Shown piece after piece: positions 25,561-39,105 of a stretch of DNA of 64,000 nucleotides; the stretch's first letter is position 1, and each line of letters opens with the position of its first letter. This stretch comes from Octopus vulgaris (Eukaryota), in contig OX597816.1 in the NCBI GenBank assembly GCA_951406725.2, positions 174,344,001-174,408,000 of the forward strand. The letters are read 5' to 3'. The notes beneath the pieces are model-generated. The model was not told the origin of the DNA. It made no database searches and worked only from the letters and a program-made list of their open reading frames with translations. Position numbers and translations under genes: made by a program.

Positions 25561-27228
25561 TTTACATATATATGTCTTTTTGCCAGAAGTTTTCTCATAT
25601 TTGCTTTTTGATTCGCAACGCCAATAAAACATGAATTGTTGTTGTTTTTCCTTTTTGTGATCGTCATTTAAGTTTGTATTTTCAGCACTTCTTTCACAGC
25701 GTTTCTCAAATTGTAATTGGTTGTGTTTATAACTGCCTTTTCTTTCTTTATCTTTTTTTTTTATGTCTTTGTTGTTGTCAGTATTCTGAGTGGGAGTGAG
25801 GTCAGGAGCAGAGCATTCTCTGATGCTGCTATTATAGCTGATACCTCCTCCTATTAATACATTTGTGGCCAATTTAGATCACAAATAAATAATACGAAGG
25901 TATCATACAAAAATATTTATACAGTTAAAAATGTGATGTTGTTCAAAGAAACCATTTCACCTTAGATAATGGTGAAGATGATTAAATATTTGAAATCTTT
26001 AATGATACAAAGAACAAAAGACTTTTTCCCATCAAATGAACCCAGAAAAATAATATCTTCTAAGCAGATCTATGTGAAACACAGCTGACCACAATAAACA
26101 GCAATAATAATAATTTATTATATAGACATGAAACTTCCTATTCATAAGAAAAGGTCAATCAAATAATGTGACATTGTTATTAAGTAGAAATTAGCCAAAG
26201 GTTTGTGACAGAAGGATCTGAGGTGTGAAATGTTCTGAATCACAAAGCAATGTGATGATACATGACTACGGAAAAGAATGTAAGGAATAATAGTGTCACA
26301 CTCCTCCACTCCAGACACCAAAGAGAGCACATGAATATTAATGGAAGGTTGCTTAATGTATGCAGAGGGACTACTCCATAAAGGATCAACAGAGGGACAA
26401 GATACTGAAGTCAACTGATATATAGTTGAAAGCATGATAGGATATGAAGGCAAGGAAAGTTGGTAAATCATCATTAGTTGTTGAGATGTTGGAAATATCC
26501 AGTGAAATAAGGCACACACTAGTCATTTACATAGTTAATCTGGTCGTTGATGATGTTAAGCCCTAGGTGAGCAATTGTTAAGCAGATATGTGATCAAGGA
26601 ATGTGACATGACTGGTGATTGTTGTAACAGTATCATCATCAACAGCAACAAGAGTAAAGATGATAGAAATAAACAACTACAGAGCTTATGTGGAAGGAAT
26701 CTCTGAAAAAGAAAGTTTAAGGAAGATATGGGACTGGTCTCAAGTGAATGAACCTCAAGAACGAGATGACAAAGAAATACAAGAGGTCAGAAGCTGTGTT
26801 GAAGAGGGCTTATCCAATCCATGCAAGTAGAGAAAAATGGATTGTAAAATGATAACAATCATGAAGATGAAACTAATAAATCTTGTTTGTAATTTATAGT
26901 TCCACTTAACAGACACAAGGTAAGTATAAAAAGAACTCACAAAAGCATAAATTATCATTGACCTCAAACTACTGCGAACCCAAAACTCCACAACTTCTAA
27001 GTTGCTGCAAACCAAAGCTGTTGTGGATCTTGAATCTCTACCAATTCAAACTGCCTAGCTTAGACAAAAGATTATGTGCTCAAACTATCACAGATGTAAA
27101 TGACAGAAGCTGTTATGCATCTAATTAGATGTGGTTCTTAAGGAGCTATGGATCCAAAGCAACAAAGACCTGTGCTACCGTGCTCATGTGTTTCATGTGT
27201 TTTGCTACAAACCAAAACAGCAACTTAC

Positions 27229-27421
27229 AGGAATTGAGGCTGCCATTAGAGAATTACGATCCATTTCTTTTTTCATGCGTTCAAATAATGCTGTTCTCTC
27301 CTCCATTTTCTCTGCTACTTCCATTGTTTTTATGTTCATAGTATCAGACACGCCTCCTGTGAAATCTTCCAGAGCTTCAGCAAGTTCTCCACCATCAAGG
27401 ACTTCATAATTTCCAAACAAC
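27229..27421 (-). CDS. CAPN5: Calpain-5-like coding exon 4 (LFGNYEVLDGGELAEALEDFTGG...SLMAASIP)
   Basis: EDFTGG motif. 193 nt, ttttag/gtaagt borders, phase 2/0 matching neighbouring exons. Confidence 0.95.
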
Positions 27422-28149
27422 CTAAAAATAAAAATAGAATATACTAAATCTATGAATGAGTTCCAAAATGACATTGGGTCCATAGGGTGAGGTACACAAG
27501 TTACTGTCTTCATATGATGTTAATCAAACAGACTGATTTCTCCCGAGTTACATGCGAACACACACACACACACAGAGTAGATCAGAAAATTAACACTAGA
27601 AGTCAATAAACATAAGTGAATTATTCAGAGGACCAGCAATGTAGAAAGGGGAACATTGCCATATACAGTGGTATTTACTAAACCCCGCCACACACATATG
27701 CACACCAGTACATATATAACATAAATATACAGGTTCAAACTTGTTTGCCCTGATTCCCCACCCTTTGGGTGTGACTTCAGAACTTCTGCAGTTTATCCCA
27801 TGGGTAGGTATTGCATACATACAAATGTAGTATATAAATGTGATGTGTTGACACACAATAGAAGTAAACCTTACATAGGTGCCAGAGTTAATCCTGGGAA
27901 ACTTTGCTTTTCTTTTCAAAAACACTTCTCCAGCCTGAGATTATGCACTCTACTTCATTGGCTGAATAGATCCATTATTTGGATGCTCATAAGATAAGCT
28001 TTAAATTGAAATATCCAGCACTGAGATGTACCATACTGTGTCACAGAGGTAGATGTCCATGTGAGTCAAGTACAAAAGAGAATTTAGAGATTATATTGGT
28101 TAATAGTAGATACCTTCTTAATAAATGTAATGAGTGTCACACCATAAGA

Positions 28150-28698
28150 GAAGAGAAAACCTGTGGAAGATGTAGATCCAGGAAGATATGGAATGAGGTG
28201 GTGAAGCATGAACTTCAAATGTTGGGCCTCACAGAGGCAATGACAAGTTTGAAGATGTGTTGTGCTTGAGGAGACCTGGCAAGCCAAGTCAGGTTGTAGC
28301 CGTGGCCAATGCCAGTGTCGCATAACTGGCCCATTTAAAAGTACCCTTCAATTGACAGGCATTATGCTGTGCTTGAGAAAACCTTTTGAGTTAAGTGAAA
28401 TCATAGTCATGGCCGATGCCAGTGCTGCCTGAATGGCACCCATGCCAGTGGCATGTAAAAAGCACCAGTTGAGAGTGGTTGATGCCAGTGACATGTAACT
28501 GGCCCCCATGCTGGTGGCACAAAAAAATCACCCACAACACTCTCAGAGTGATTGGCATTAGGAAGGACATCCAACTGTAGAAACCTTGCCAGATTAGATT
28601 GGAGTCTGATGCAGCGTCCTGGCTTGCCAGTCCTCAGTCAAACTGTGAAACCCATGCCAGCATGGCAAGCAGATGTTGAACAATGATGATGATGATGA
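28150..28698 (+). mobile_element. RTE 3' fragment (old)
   Basis: TCGRCRSRKIWNEVVKH remnant, GGCAC repeats, (GAT)n tail. Confidence 0.75.
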
Positions 28699-28907
28699 GT
28701 GCATTAAGAATTTGCAGTACCCACCATAAGAGTAGAATTTTCCAGAATTACCAGACTGGGAACTATCTGAACTATGAGGTCATACACTAGCACACTGCTG
28801 GTCTTACATTGATGTAGGATTAATAGCCATGCTTTTCTCATGTTTTTTTTTTTACATTCAGTATGATTTAGTAATACTTTCTACCTAAACATCACTGTGT
28901 GTATACC

Positions 28908-29126
28908 TATTTCTTTACTATCCACAAGGGGCTAAACACAGAGAGGACAAACAAGGACAGACAAACTGATTAAGTCGATTATATCGACCCCAATACATAA
29001 CTGGTACTTAATTTATCGACCCCGAATGGATGAAAGGCAAAGTCAACCTCGGCGGGATTTGAACTCAGAACGTAACGGCAGACGAAATTTAGCCTGGCAT
29101 GCTAACGTTTCTGCCAGCTCACCACC
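28908..29126 (-). mobile_element. SINE family 3
   Basis: Reverse complement of 30129-30358. Confidence 0.8.
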
Positions 29127-30128
29127 CTGCCAGCTCACCATAGGTATACACACCCTGTGTGTATACCTATGTACAAACCCTTTTCCCATCCTATCTACCT
29201 ATGTATATACCACATCTGTGCTTGTATCAGCAACATTTGTTTTTTATGGGGTACCAGATTGTGACTACTAGAAATAACAAGATCCATAAAAATGGAGAAT
29301 GTGATACACCAAGCAGCTTGAAAATCATCTGATCAAAGAAGTACAATGCCTAGGAAATTAGCCTGGATTACACTTAATACACTCTTCCATGGAATGCAAT
29401 GTGTATCCTCTAGAACTGCAAACCATGTGGGTCTATTAAGTTGCTGGACTCAACAGAATTACATAATATACCTGGGTAATCAACTATTGCTTTGTGGAAA
29501 CCAACTAACTTATATTCTCACACACAATGATGGGAATGCATGTAGGCAAGATGAGTAGAAGTAACTTAAGTCTTGTTGCCAAATGATGTGATAATCAAGG
29601 AAGAGTTTATATATGAGTGTATGTAATTACTATGTGAACATAGGTACGTAGACGAGTGTATATGTGTGTGTGTGTGAGTTTGTGTACCTATATATACATA
29701 TATATGGATGGATGCTTAACTATGATATAGTGTGCAAGGGAGTAGGTAGGTAATGGTCTGTGGGATGGCTAATGTGTGCAAGTGAAAGAGTAAGGTATGG
29801 TCAGTACACTAGTTGCTCACTAAAGACTATGAAAATTCTTATGAACATGTGCTCTATTTTCTGCCAGAGAGCTGGTTATTTGAAGCTGATATTATAAATA
29901 TGTCAATGAACTTACCCCTACATTCTTTACTTTATATTTACGACAGTAGCTGTTTGTACAGTAGTTGATATTCTTGCTATTATTATTGTTGTAGTCATTG
30001 TTGTAGTGCCTAGTGTTGTTATTGATGCTGAGTCTGCAGAACTTCTTTCTCTCTTCTTTGCTGCGAGTATATATGTATGTAAACAGTTGTGTGTGCAGGT
30101 GTGTACCTGCCTATGTATGAAGGAAAAG

Positions 30129-30358
30129 GTGGCAAGCTGGCAGAATCGTTAGCACGCTGGGCGAAATGCGTAGCCGTATTTCGTCTGCCGTTACATTCTG
30201 GGTTCAAATTCCGCCGAGGTCGACTTTGCCTTTCATCCTTTCGGGGTCGATAAATTAAGTACCAGTTATGCACTGGGGTTGATATAATCGACTTAATCCG
30301 TTCGTCTGTCCTTGTTTGTCCCCTCTGTGTTTAGCCCCTTGTGGGTAGTAAAGAAATA
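30129..30358 (+). mobile_element. SINE family 3 (Nin/Deu-like central domain)
   Basis: GCCTTTCATCCTTTCGGGGTCGATAAA core. Perfect 17-bp TSD TATGTATGAAGGAAAAG at 30112-30128 and 30359-30375. Confidence 0.85.
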
Positions 30359-30550
30359 TATGTATGAAGGAAAAGCATGACTTCCTCTACACTCTCTGAT
30401 CCACCTTCATTTCTATTCATTTATTTCTACTACCTATCACCATGTATTCTACCACTTTGCTGATTGTGTAGGTAATTTGCATAACAGGAATATACATGGA
30501 GTAAACTTATAAATTTTGTCAAAATACTGATGGAAGTAAGATTATATAAT

Positions 30551-33190
30551 TGTTATAGGAAACTAGTAATAATGGTACACCCCTCCCTCATGACAAGTGG
30601 AATAACCTAGTCACTATAAGAGAAGTACATGAAGAACCAGAGTACGTAATAGGCAGTTAGAGATAATTGTGTCTTTACTGATTTTACTAAATATACTGTA
30701 TACCGAAGTGGGCGTTATAATAATCCATGAGGATAAGCCAATTCATATGGAGTTACTAGAAACTTGAAGAGGAGTTAATAAACTCACAAAGTTTTGTTAT
30801 GAAAATTTTCCAAAAAAAAATTGGAAAATTATGGAAAATTTGTTCGCTGGTTTACTCGAGTTGCAAAAACAGCAACAACAGCAACTGAAAGAACAACAAC
30901 AGCAGCAGATACAACTGCAAGAGCAACAACAGAAGCAACAACAACAACAACAAGTAATATTGCAGCAACAAATGCTGCAATTACTGAAGTCATCAGGAAT
31001 ATCAAAAAAAGTGTTCTTGAAAGACTATATTGTGAATTCAATAACAGACTTCAAATACGAATCTAATGAAGGAGTTACCTTCAAGGCATACTACAGAAGA
31101 TGAGAGCAAATCTTTGAGAAAGAATGTAAAGATTAGGACGACAAGATGAAAACACAAACTTGAGAAAACTGGCAGCAACAGAACATGAACAATACAGTAA
31201 TTATGTACACCCAAGAAAACCTTCGGACATAAACTTTAATGACACAATGGATATATTGTGTAAAATTTTCAGTGAAAAAAGCTCATTGTTCAACACATGT
31301 TGGAAGTGTCTGAACATAGAGAAAAACAATGGTGAGGATTACATCACATACACTGGTAGAGTAAACAGGGGATGCAAGAAGTTTAAGCTGGGCGAATTAA
31401 TGCCAAACATGTTCAAATGCTTGATTTTTACACAGAGACTTACTACTGAAAAGGACACAGAAGTCAGAACTAGAATTCTTGCAAGGCTGCAACAAGACCA
31501 GGATGTAACCCTACAGCAAGTGTCAGAAGAATGTGAAAGGATAGTGAAATTAAGACACGGCAGGGAGGAAACTGAATGTAAAGATTGTTTCCAAGTAAAG
31601 CAAACGTGAAATAGTCAGAATAGAGATAAAGTGTTTTCTGAAAAATACAACAAAAATCAGGAAATAATCCCATGTTTTGCATGTGGAGGTATTTCAAAAA
31701 GTAGAGTGCTTTTGCTGTGGTAATATAGGACATATAAAGATGCACTGTAGAACAAAGATGACAAATCTTCAGAACAAAGGAAAAAATAAATAGTATGACA
31801 TTGGAAGAAATTGGCAATATAATGAGAAAATTCATGAAGGTGAAAATCAGAAATACAAGCATTAAAAGGTAACTGGACACTGGTAGTGATATTATTATAA
31901 ACGAAAAAATGAGGAAATATGTCGGTAAGCTGAAATTAATTAAATCTAAAAAGGTAGCACATTGTGTTACAGGGAAAAGATCATATTTTTTTCGTAAATT
32001 CACATGTAATGTAACATTTCGAAGTCAAACAAAAAAGGCAAAGATATATGTGCTAAAAAGTTCACTTAATTTATTTGTCACAGAGTGGATGGAACTATTG
32101 AAGTTGTGGAATATGCCCATAGGTGTTTTAAGTGGGAATATAATTGGTTCAGTTAAAGATTCAAATGCGGCTGAGGGACGGAAACACAAAATTGCAGTAA
32201 AACAAAGTGAAATACCAATATGTAAACCAAAATGAAATCAAAAATTGCCCCTGATAAAAACTAAACATTGTTCAAAAGTAGATGTTCCATGGTTGAGACT
32301 ACACATTGATTTCACTGGTCCTTTAAATGGTTCTTACAACTGAGTGGTAGTTGATAGTTTTCTGAAATGGCCTAAAATTTGTAAGTGTGAAAAACCAACC
32401 TCCTCAACTGTGATAAATTGTTTACATGAATTGTTTGCAAGATTGGGCATCCCAGACAAGATAGTGTCTGACAATGAAACTTTGTGGTAGAACATAACTA
32501 TGGTACCATACCATCATAGATCTGATGGACAGGCAGAACGCTTTGTTGATACCTTCAAAAGTGCCCTTAGAAAATCAAATAAGGAAGTCACGGATGAGGT
32601 GGCTCTACAACAGTTTTTAAGAGTGTACCATGTGACACCAAATCCGAATACACCAGCAGGTAGATCACCAGCGGAGCCGATGTTTGCAAAGAAAGTAAAA
32701 TCAGTCTTTGATAAACTGCTACCTGGCAAGAAAAGAGAAAAAGTGTCAGGGAAACCATAGCAAAATTCTTTAAAGTTGGTGAAAAGGTGTATATGAGGAC
32801 ATACAAGAATGGAAAACATAATTGGGAACATGGCATAATTACCAAATGCATAGGTAAAATGATGTATCGAGTAAAAAGTAGCAAAGGCATAGAAAAGAGA
32901 TTCGTGGAAAGCAAACCAAAGAAGTTGGAGGAACCAATCGAATGATTGTAAGATACATTCCAAGTACCAATGTAAAAGTACCAATGTAAAAGTACCAATG
33001 TAAAAGTGAGAGGAAAAGAAAACAGAGTTCCTGAAAATAGATGCCAAGCACAAAAAATATTACATAGTATGAAAAAAAGAACTCAAAAAAGGGAGGTGGG
33101 GGTGAATAAAAAAATTATTGCTAAATAAAATGACACTTCCTAAGAAAAACTTAAAAAGGGAGATGTAGGGAATTAGTAATAATGGTACAC
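30551..33190 (+). mobile_element. Decayed Gypsy-type LTR retrotransposon, RT/RNase H deleted
   Basis: gag (polyQ, FKYESNEGVTFKAYYRR), protease remnant (LDTGSD), integrase (HIDFTGP, VVVDSF, IVSDN, SDGQAERFVDTFK). LTR start motif TAGTAATAATGGTACAC occurs at ~30564 and ~33174, the second after a PPT AAAAAGGGAGA-TGT. Confidence 0.82.
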
Positions 33191-33598
33191 TGCGTGGCAC
33201 TTTGGGTAGGTGTATTCTACTATAGCCCCGAGCCAACCGAAGCTTTGTGATTGAATAACTGTTAAAATTGAACTGCACTCTTCAAAACTCACACTAAGAA
33301 GAAGGACAAGGAAAAATTACTACTTGCTTCTACAGCAAGTTGGTGCAGGTAGTTTATCCTGTTCCCCTACAACTTTACTTCATGCAATTGAAAAAAAATG
33401 CATTATTTAAGGGATGACCCAATTCTTTACTGTATTTTGTTTTCCATTCTATACTCTGAAATTAAAATTTTATTCCTGTAGGGGGGTATAAAAGCAAGTA
33501 TTAGTACTATACAGCAGCAGCTCCAATAGATATTCAAATCATACAACAATGGGCTGTGTTTAATCAAAGGCAATTAATATTATAGTAGAGGAAATTAC

Positions 33599-33807
33599 TT
33601 GGCATAAGCTTTTTCAAGAAGAGCACTCCAAAATTCATTTCTTTCTTTGGAGTGGATGAAAAGAAGTTGACCATTCCGAGTTGGAAGTTGGTCATCAATT
33701 ACAACGTCAAGCCATTCACCATAACGCCAAAAGCGAAAATGAAAAATTCCTGCATATTCTTCAGGTTTTTCAGAATTCCAGTCTTGTGTTTCATGGTCAG
33801 GAATTAC
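33599..33807 (-). CDS. CAPN5: Calpain-5-like coding exon 3 ([10 protein letters not shown]...[24 protein letters not shown]...[13 protein letters not shown])
   Basis: Canonical CysPc motifs. 209 nt, ttccag/gtaatt borders, phase 0/2. Confidence 0.95.
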
Positions 33808-34276
33808 CTGGAAACGGACAAAAATAAATTAAAATATTTAAAATACATTTTTACAAATAGACTATAAATTGAAGGGAGGGGGTCAAAATGTTTGAATGAT
33901 TGAACTTAGCTTCAAAACTCAGAGCCAGTTACAGGCTCTCTTTCTATCTATTGCTACTAGTTCTAGGAGTATATTGAGTGCCATACCAGACTATTATAGC
34001 ACCTGTATATATATATATAAACAATATTAGTAATAAGGATTATTACAAACTTGCATAGCGTTTCCTTTAATTCTTTTGATATATATATATATAGCTTTAC
34101 ATAGACCAACACATGTTTCAACGGCACTGATTAATAACCATTGCAATTGCAACCCTACTGCAAATACCAGTGCAGTCACTTCAGGTTCTTTAAATATACT
34201 TCGATTTAACAGTTTAAAGTTTTTTGTTTATCTATTCTGTGTTGTATATGTATATATATCTGCACACACATACATA

Positions 34277-35420
34277 TCATCATCATCACTGTTTAACGTC
34301 TGCTTTCCACGCTAGCATGGGTTGGACGATTTGACTGAGGACTGGCAAACCAGATGGCTGCACCAGGCTCCAATCTTGATCTGGCAGAGTTTCTACAGCT
34401 GGATGCCCTTCCTAATGCCAACCACTCCAAGAATGTAGTGGGTGCTGTTACATGTCACCGGCACGAGGGCCAGTCAGGCGGTACTGGCGACAGCTACGAA
34501 AAAATTATGCTTTTTTTTACACATATACAAATCAAAGGAAAATTGACTGAGAAGATAGCTTTCATGTGCGGCAGATGCACAGGAGCAATAGACACCACAG
34601 ATACTCAGAAAACAGATTCCATCACACTCCAGGGGATGAAACTAGAAGTAGTTGATAATTTCCGCTACCTCAGTGACCAAGTTAGTAGTGGAGGTGGATG
34701 CTCAGAGAGTGTTACCACTAGAATAAGAATAGCCTGGGCAAAGTTTAGGAAGCTTCTTCCCCTACTGGCGACAAAGGGTCTCTCGCTTAGAGTGAAAGGT
34801 AGATTGTACGACGCATGTGTGCGAACTGCCTTGCTTCACAGCAGTGAAACATGGGCTGTGGCTGTGGAGGACATGCGTAGGCTTGAAAGAAATGAAGCTA
34901 GCATGATCTGCTGGATGTGTAATGTCAGTGTCCATAAACGACAGAGTGTAAATGCCCCGAGAGTAATGTTGGGCATAAGAAGTATCAGATGCAGCATGCA
35001 GGAGAGACGTTTGTGTTGGTATGGTCATGTACTATAGATGGATGAGGAGAGATGTGTGAAGAAGTGCCACTCCCAAAATGTTGAAGGAATCTGGGATAGT
35101 GGTAGACCCAGGAAGACATGGCACGAGGTGGTCAAGCATGACCTTTGTACGTTGAACCTCACAGAGGCTATGACAAAAGGCCGAGACGTCTGGAGATATG
35201 CTGTGACTTTGAAGACCCGACAAAAGAAGTGAGTTCTGGCTTGCAGGACGGCCTGCTGTACTTGAGGAGACCTATTGTGTCAAGCACATCAACATCAAAA
35301 CAAAACAAAAATCGAATGGATATTGTAGTAGTGATACCCGTGCCGGTGGCACGTAGGGCCTCACAGAGGAAATGACGAAGACCTCTGAGATATGCTGTGA
35401 CTGTGATGACCCGACAAATG
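34277..35420. mobile_element. RTE LINE copy with internal inversion
   Basis: 34277-~34520 is the minus-strand 3' end; ~34525-35355 is plus-strand RT C-terminus plus the start of the 3' UTR. Confidence 0.8.
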
Positions 35421-35494
35421 AAGTTAGTTCATGGCTCACGGGACGGCTTATTTATATGCACACAATCTTTCTTATACCCTCAGATATCAATGTA

Positions 35495-35531
<37 letters not shown>

Positions 35532-35612
35532 CATATATACACACACACACACACATATATATATATATGTGTGTGTGTGTGTATATAAATATATATATAT
35601 ATATATATATAA

Positions 35613-35997
35613 AACTTATAAAATAAGGGCAAAATAAAAATTCTAATGCCAAATACGCCCCAAAAATTTAAAAAAAAAAAAAAAATTTATCCTACATTAG
35701 TTGTAAATTTAAGTGTTCACTTCCGGATTCTGTCACTCGGTGAAAGTTTCTAGTTCGAATCACACGTGTCTCAAGATGTGCCGAAGATTTTCTATTTTGG
35801 ATGTATTGTTTCAAGACGCATAAATTATAATGGTTATGGACAATTTTGTCTATTTTTCGGAATATTTGGCATTAGAATTTTTCTTTTGCCCTTATTTTAT
35901 AAGTTATTTATAAATTTAACCTTTAAAGGTATTTTTTGATATGCTGGCCATTGATAAGATTTTTTTTCGAAAAACTTTTTATCCTACATTAGTTGTA
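35613..35997. mobile_element. Fold-back island inside (TA)n
   Basis: 43-bp inverted repeat (35613-35655 / 35863-35905) plus direct repeat TTTATCCTACATTAGTTGTA (~35686, ~35978). Confidence 0.65.
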
Positions 35998-36055
35998 TAT
36001 ATATATATATACACACACACACACATATATATATATGCATATATATATGAATATG

Positions 36056-36090
<35 letters not shown>

Positions 36091-36197
36091 GCATATATAT
36101 ATACATACATATATATATGTTTTGGCTTATGTTTTTCACTGTTTGATTTGCCTAATAGTGGTTTTATATTTAATTTATATATATATATATATATATA

Positions 36198-38153
36198 GAT
36201 TGAAAAAGATGGTACACTCACAGGGAAAGAGCAGACAAAGAAGCCTGGGCTATAGACAACATAAAATCTAACCCCAGAGCTTTCTACAAGTTTGCCAAAG
36301 AAACAGCTATGGTGCAATGTAGGATAGGGCAACTCCTTGAAAAAGATGGTACACTCACAGAAAATCTAATGAGGATAAGTGAAATACTAAATGAGCAAGT
36401 CAAAAGTATTTTCACTCCACCCCTAGGGCATTTTCAAGTCAGCAATCCAACTGACTTCTTTACCACTGCAGATATAAAATCAGAGGCAACGATGATTAAT
36501 TACATCAATATAAAGGAAGACGATGTAATAAGTGCTATAGATGAAATGAACCCAACCTCAGCTACTGGCCCTGATGAATTCCCAGCAATCCTTCTAAAAG
36601 TATGTAAGCGCGTCCTAGCAAGACCACTGCAGTTTCTCTTTCAGAGCTTCCTTGCCACTGGCAAAATTCCAAGAAAACTGAAGGAAGGTGAAATATGCCC
36701 TATTCATAAAGGAGGTAGCAGAGCGGAGGCCAAGAACCACAGACCTATCTCTCTGACCTCACATATCAGCAAGGTCATGGAACAAATAGTCAGAAGGAAA
36801 CTAATCACCTTCCTTGAAGAAAATAACTTGCTGCCTGACACCCAACATGGTTTCCGACCAGGAAGAAGCTGCCTAACTCAACTCCTACAACACTATGCCT
36901 GGGTGTTGAAACAACTACTCAACCACTCAAATGTGGAAGTGATATATCTCGACTTTGCAAAGGCCTTTGATAAAGTCGATCATGTAATGATATGTCACAA
37001 ACTGCGTGATCTTGGCATAGTTGGAAAATTGGGAGAATGGCTTCATGACTTTCTGAAGGATAGAAGTCAGGTGGTAGTAGCCAATGGGGCCACTTCCATT
37101 AACACGGAAATAGTGAGCGGTGTTCCGCAAGGCACTGTTTTGGGACCACTACTGTTCATAATGGCCCTCTCAGACATGCCCTCAGCCATGCAGAGAGCCA
37201 CGATCACAAGTTATGCAGATGATACAAAAGTTTCACAGGCAATACAGAACCCTGAAGACACTAAGCACCTGCAATGTGAGCTGAACAAAATATACAAGTG
37301 GGCTGAAAAGAATAGCATGCTGTTCAATGCTGAAAAGTTTCAAGCTTTATGCTATCAGCATGCAAAACTAAATGCAATACCCAATAAATACACTGGACCT
37401 GGAGGGATTGCAATTCCAGAGGCACAATCAGTGCAAGACCTGGGTATTTACATGAGTAATGATGCAACCTTTCATGTGCATGTTGCTAAATTGGCAATGA
37501 AATGTAGGTGGCTGACCAGATGGATTCTTAGAGCTTTTAGAACAAGTGACCAAGAAACCATGATGGTCCTCTGGAGGACACTTGTCCTAAGCCAATTGAC
37601 TATTGCTCTCAGCTATGGTCACCATCCAGTGTCAAGTTGATCACAGAACTTGAGGTGATCCAACGAAGCTACATGAAGAAGATAGCCTCTGTACAGCATA
37701 TAAGCTATTGGGAAAGACTCAAGAGATTGAGACTCTATTCCTTAGAGCATAGGCGAGAAAGATATACCATAATATACATCTGGAAGATCCTAGAAGGACT
37801 TGTCCCAAACTTTGGCATCGAGAGTTACACAAATGCCAGAACTGGGCGCCACTGCATAGTGCCAAGGACTCCAAATTTGCCATCAAGATGTTGGACAAGA
37901 TACTGTGATAGCCTGGGCTTCCGAGGCCCACAGCTCTTCAATATCCTCCCAAAGAACCTAAGAGACCTGCATGGGGTGGATGCAGATGTCTTTAAAATGA
38001 AACTGGATCTCTTCTTGTCAGGTATCCCAGATGAACGAACTTCATGGCAGGAGGTGCAGATGAGGGCAGCTGCATCGAACTCTCTCATGCACCAAATGGC
38101 GGTGCCCCAGCATGGCCACAGCTAGTGAGCTGAAACTAGATAAATAAATAAAA

Positions 38154-38155
<2 letters not shown>
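36198..38155 (+). mobile_element. CR1-group LINE family B, 5'-truncated RT
   Basis: ORFs 36309..37640 and 37637..38125 with RT motifs (YADD). 3' end GGCGGTGCCCCAGCATGGCCACAG...TGAAAC(TAAA)n. (TA)n on both sides. Confidence 0.9.
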
Positions 38156-38193
<38 letters not shown>

Positions 38194-38495
38194 TATATAT
38201 ATATAAGTATGTATGTATTTATATGATATATATATATACTCTTTTTACTCTTTTACTCTTTTATTTGTTTCAGTCATTTGACTGCGGCCATGCTAGAGCA
38301 CCGCCTTTAGTCTAGCAAATCGACCCCAATTACAAGAATAACAAAACAACAGAATAGTAGTAATGTCACCAACAACAATGACAATAACAAAAAAAACAGT
38401 GAGTTTCATATACAGAAATAAATTCAAAGACTGCAATGACTATTAGAACATTTACAAAGGATGAAAAATAACCAAAAGTAAAATTAAATATTTAC

Positions 38496-38627
38496 TCTAT
38501 TCCAGACGTCTTTGTAGTTTGCTAAACATGACATAGCAGCAACAAACCAGCAGTTACCAACTGATCCTTGGGTAACATCACCACTGTGAGCTCCCTCAAC
38601 AAACAACTTTGGGGATTCACATATATC
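38496..38627 (-). CDS. CAPN5: Calpain-5-like coding exon 2, contains catalytic Cys (QGSVGNCWFVAA)
   Basis: Manual translation DICESPKLFVEGAHSGDVTQGSVGNCWFVAAMSCLANYKDVWNR. 132 nt, tttttag/gtaaa borders, phase 0/0. Not in the ORF track. Confidence 0.95.
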
Positions 38628-39069
38628 CTAAAAAATATTAAAATTCTGAGATTAGAATGAGTGAAAAAATTCTTTTAACAGATAAAATACTAAGAGAAAT
38701 TAATCAAAGCAAAATAAATCAATGTCATGAGCAACAGAGAAAAACTTCCAATGAATCTACTTTGTGATGCAGTTTCAATACAAATTTCATGTCATTTTAC
38801 TTAAATTATAATTCAATGGAGGTATATTTAAGTACTTAATAAATTGCTGATGGACCAATATTTGGCTTACTGTGATTTATAATGTATTATACTACTTTGA
38901 CAAAGATCATAAGTCTATATAGAAATGGTAAGTGTAGACTAACATTTCAGGCCTGATTCTTCATCTCACAGAAATTAGTGTTCATATACATATATTTATA
39001 TATATATACATATATTTATATACATATACATATATACATATATATATATACATATATATATATACATAT

Positions 39070-39070
<1 letters not shown>

Positions 39071-39105
<35 letters not shown>

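Noticed and set aside
30821-31103. PolyQ/polyT ORFs as a host gene
   Set aside because: Part of the decayed Gypsy gag.
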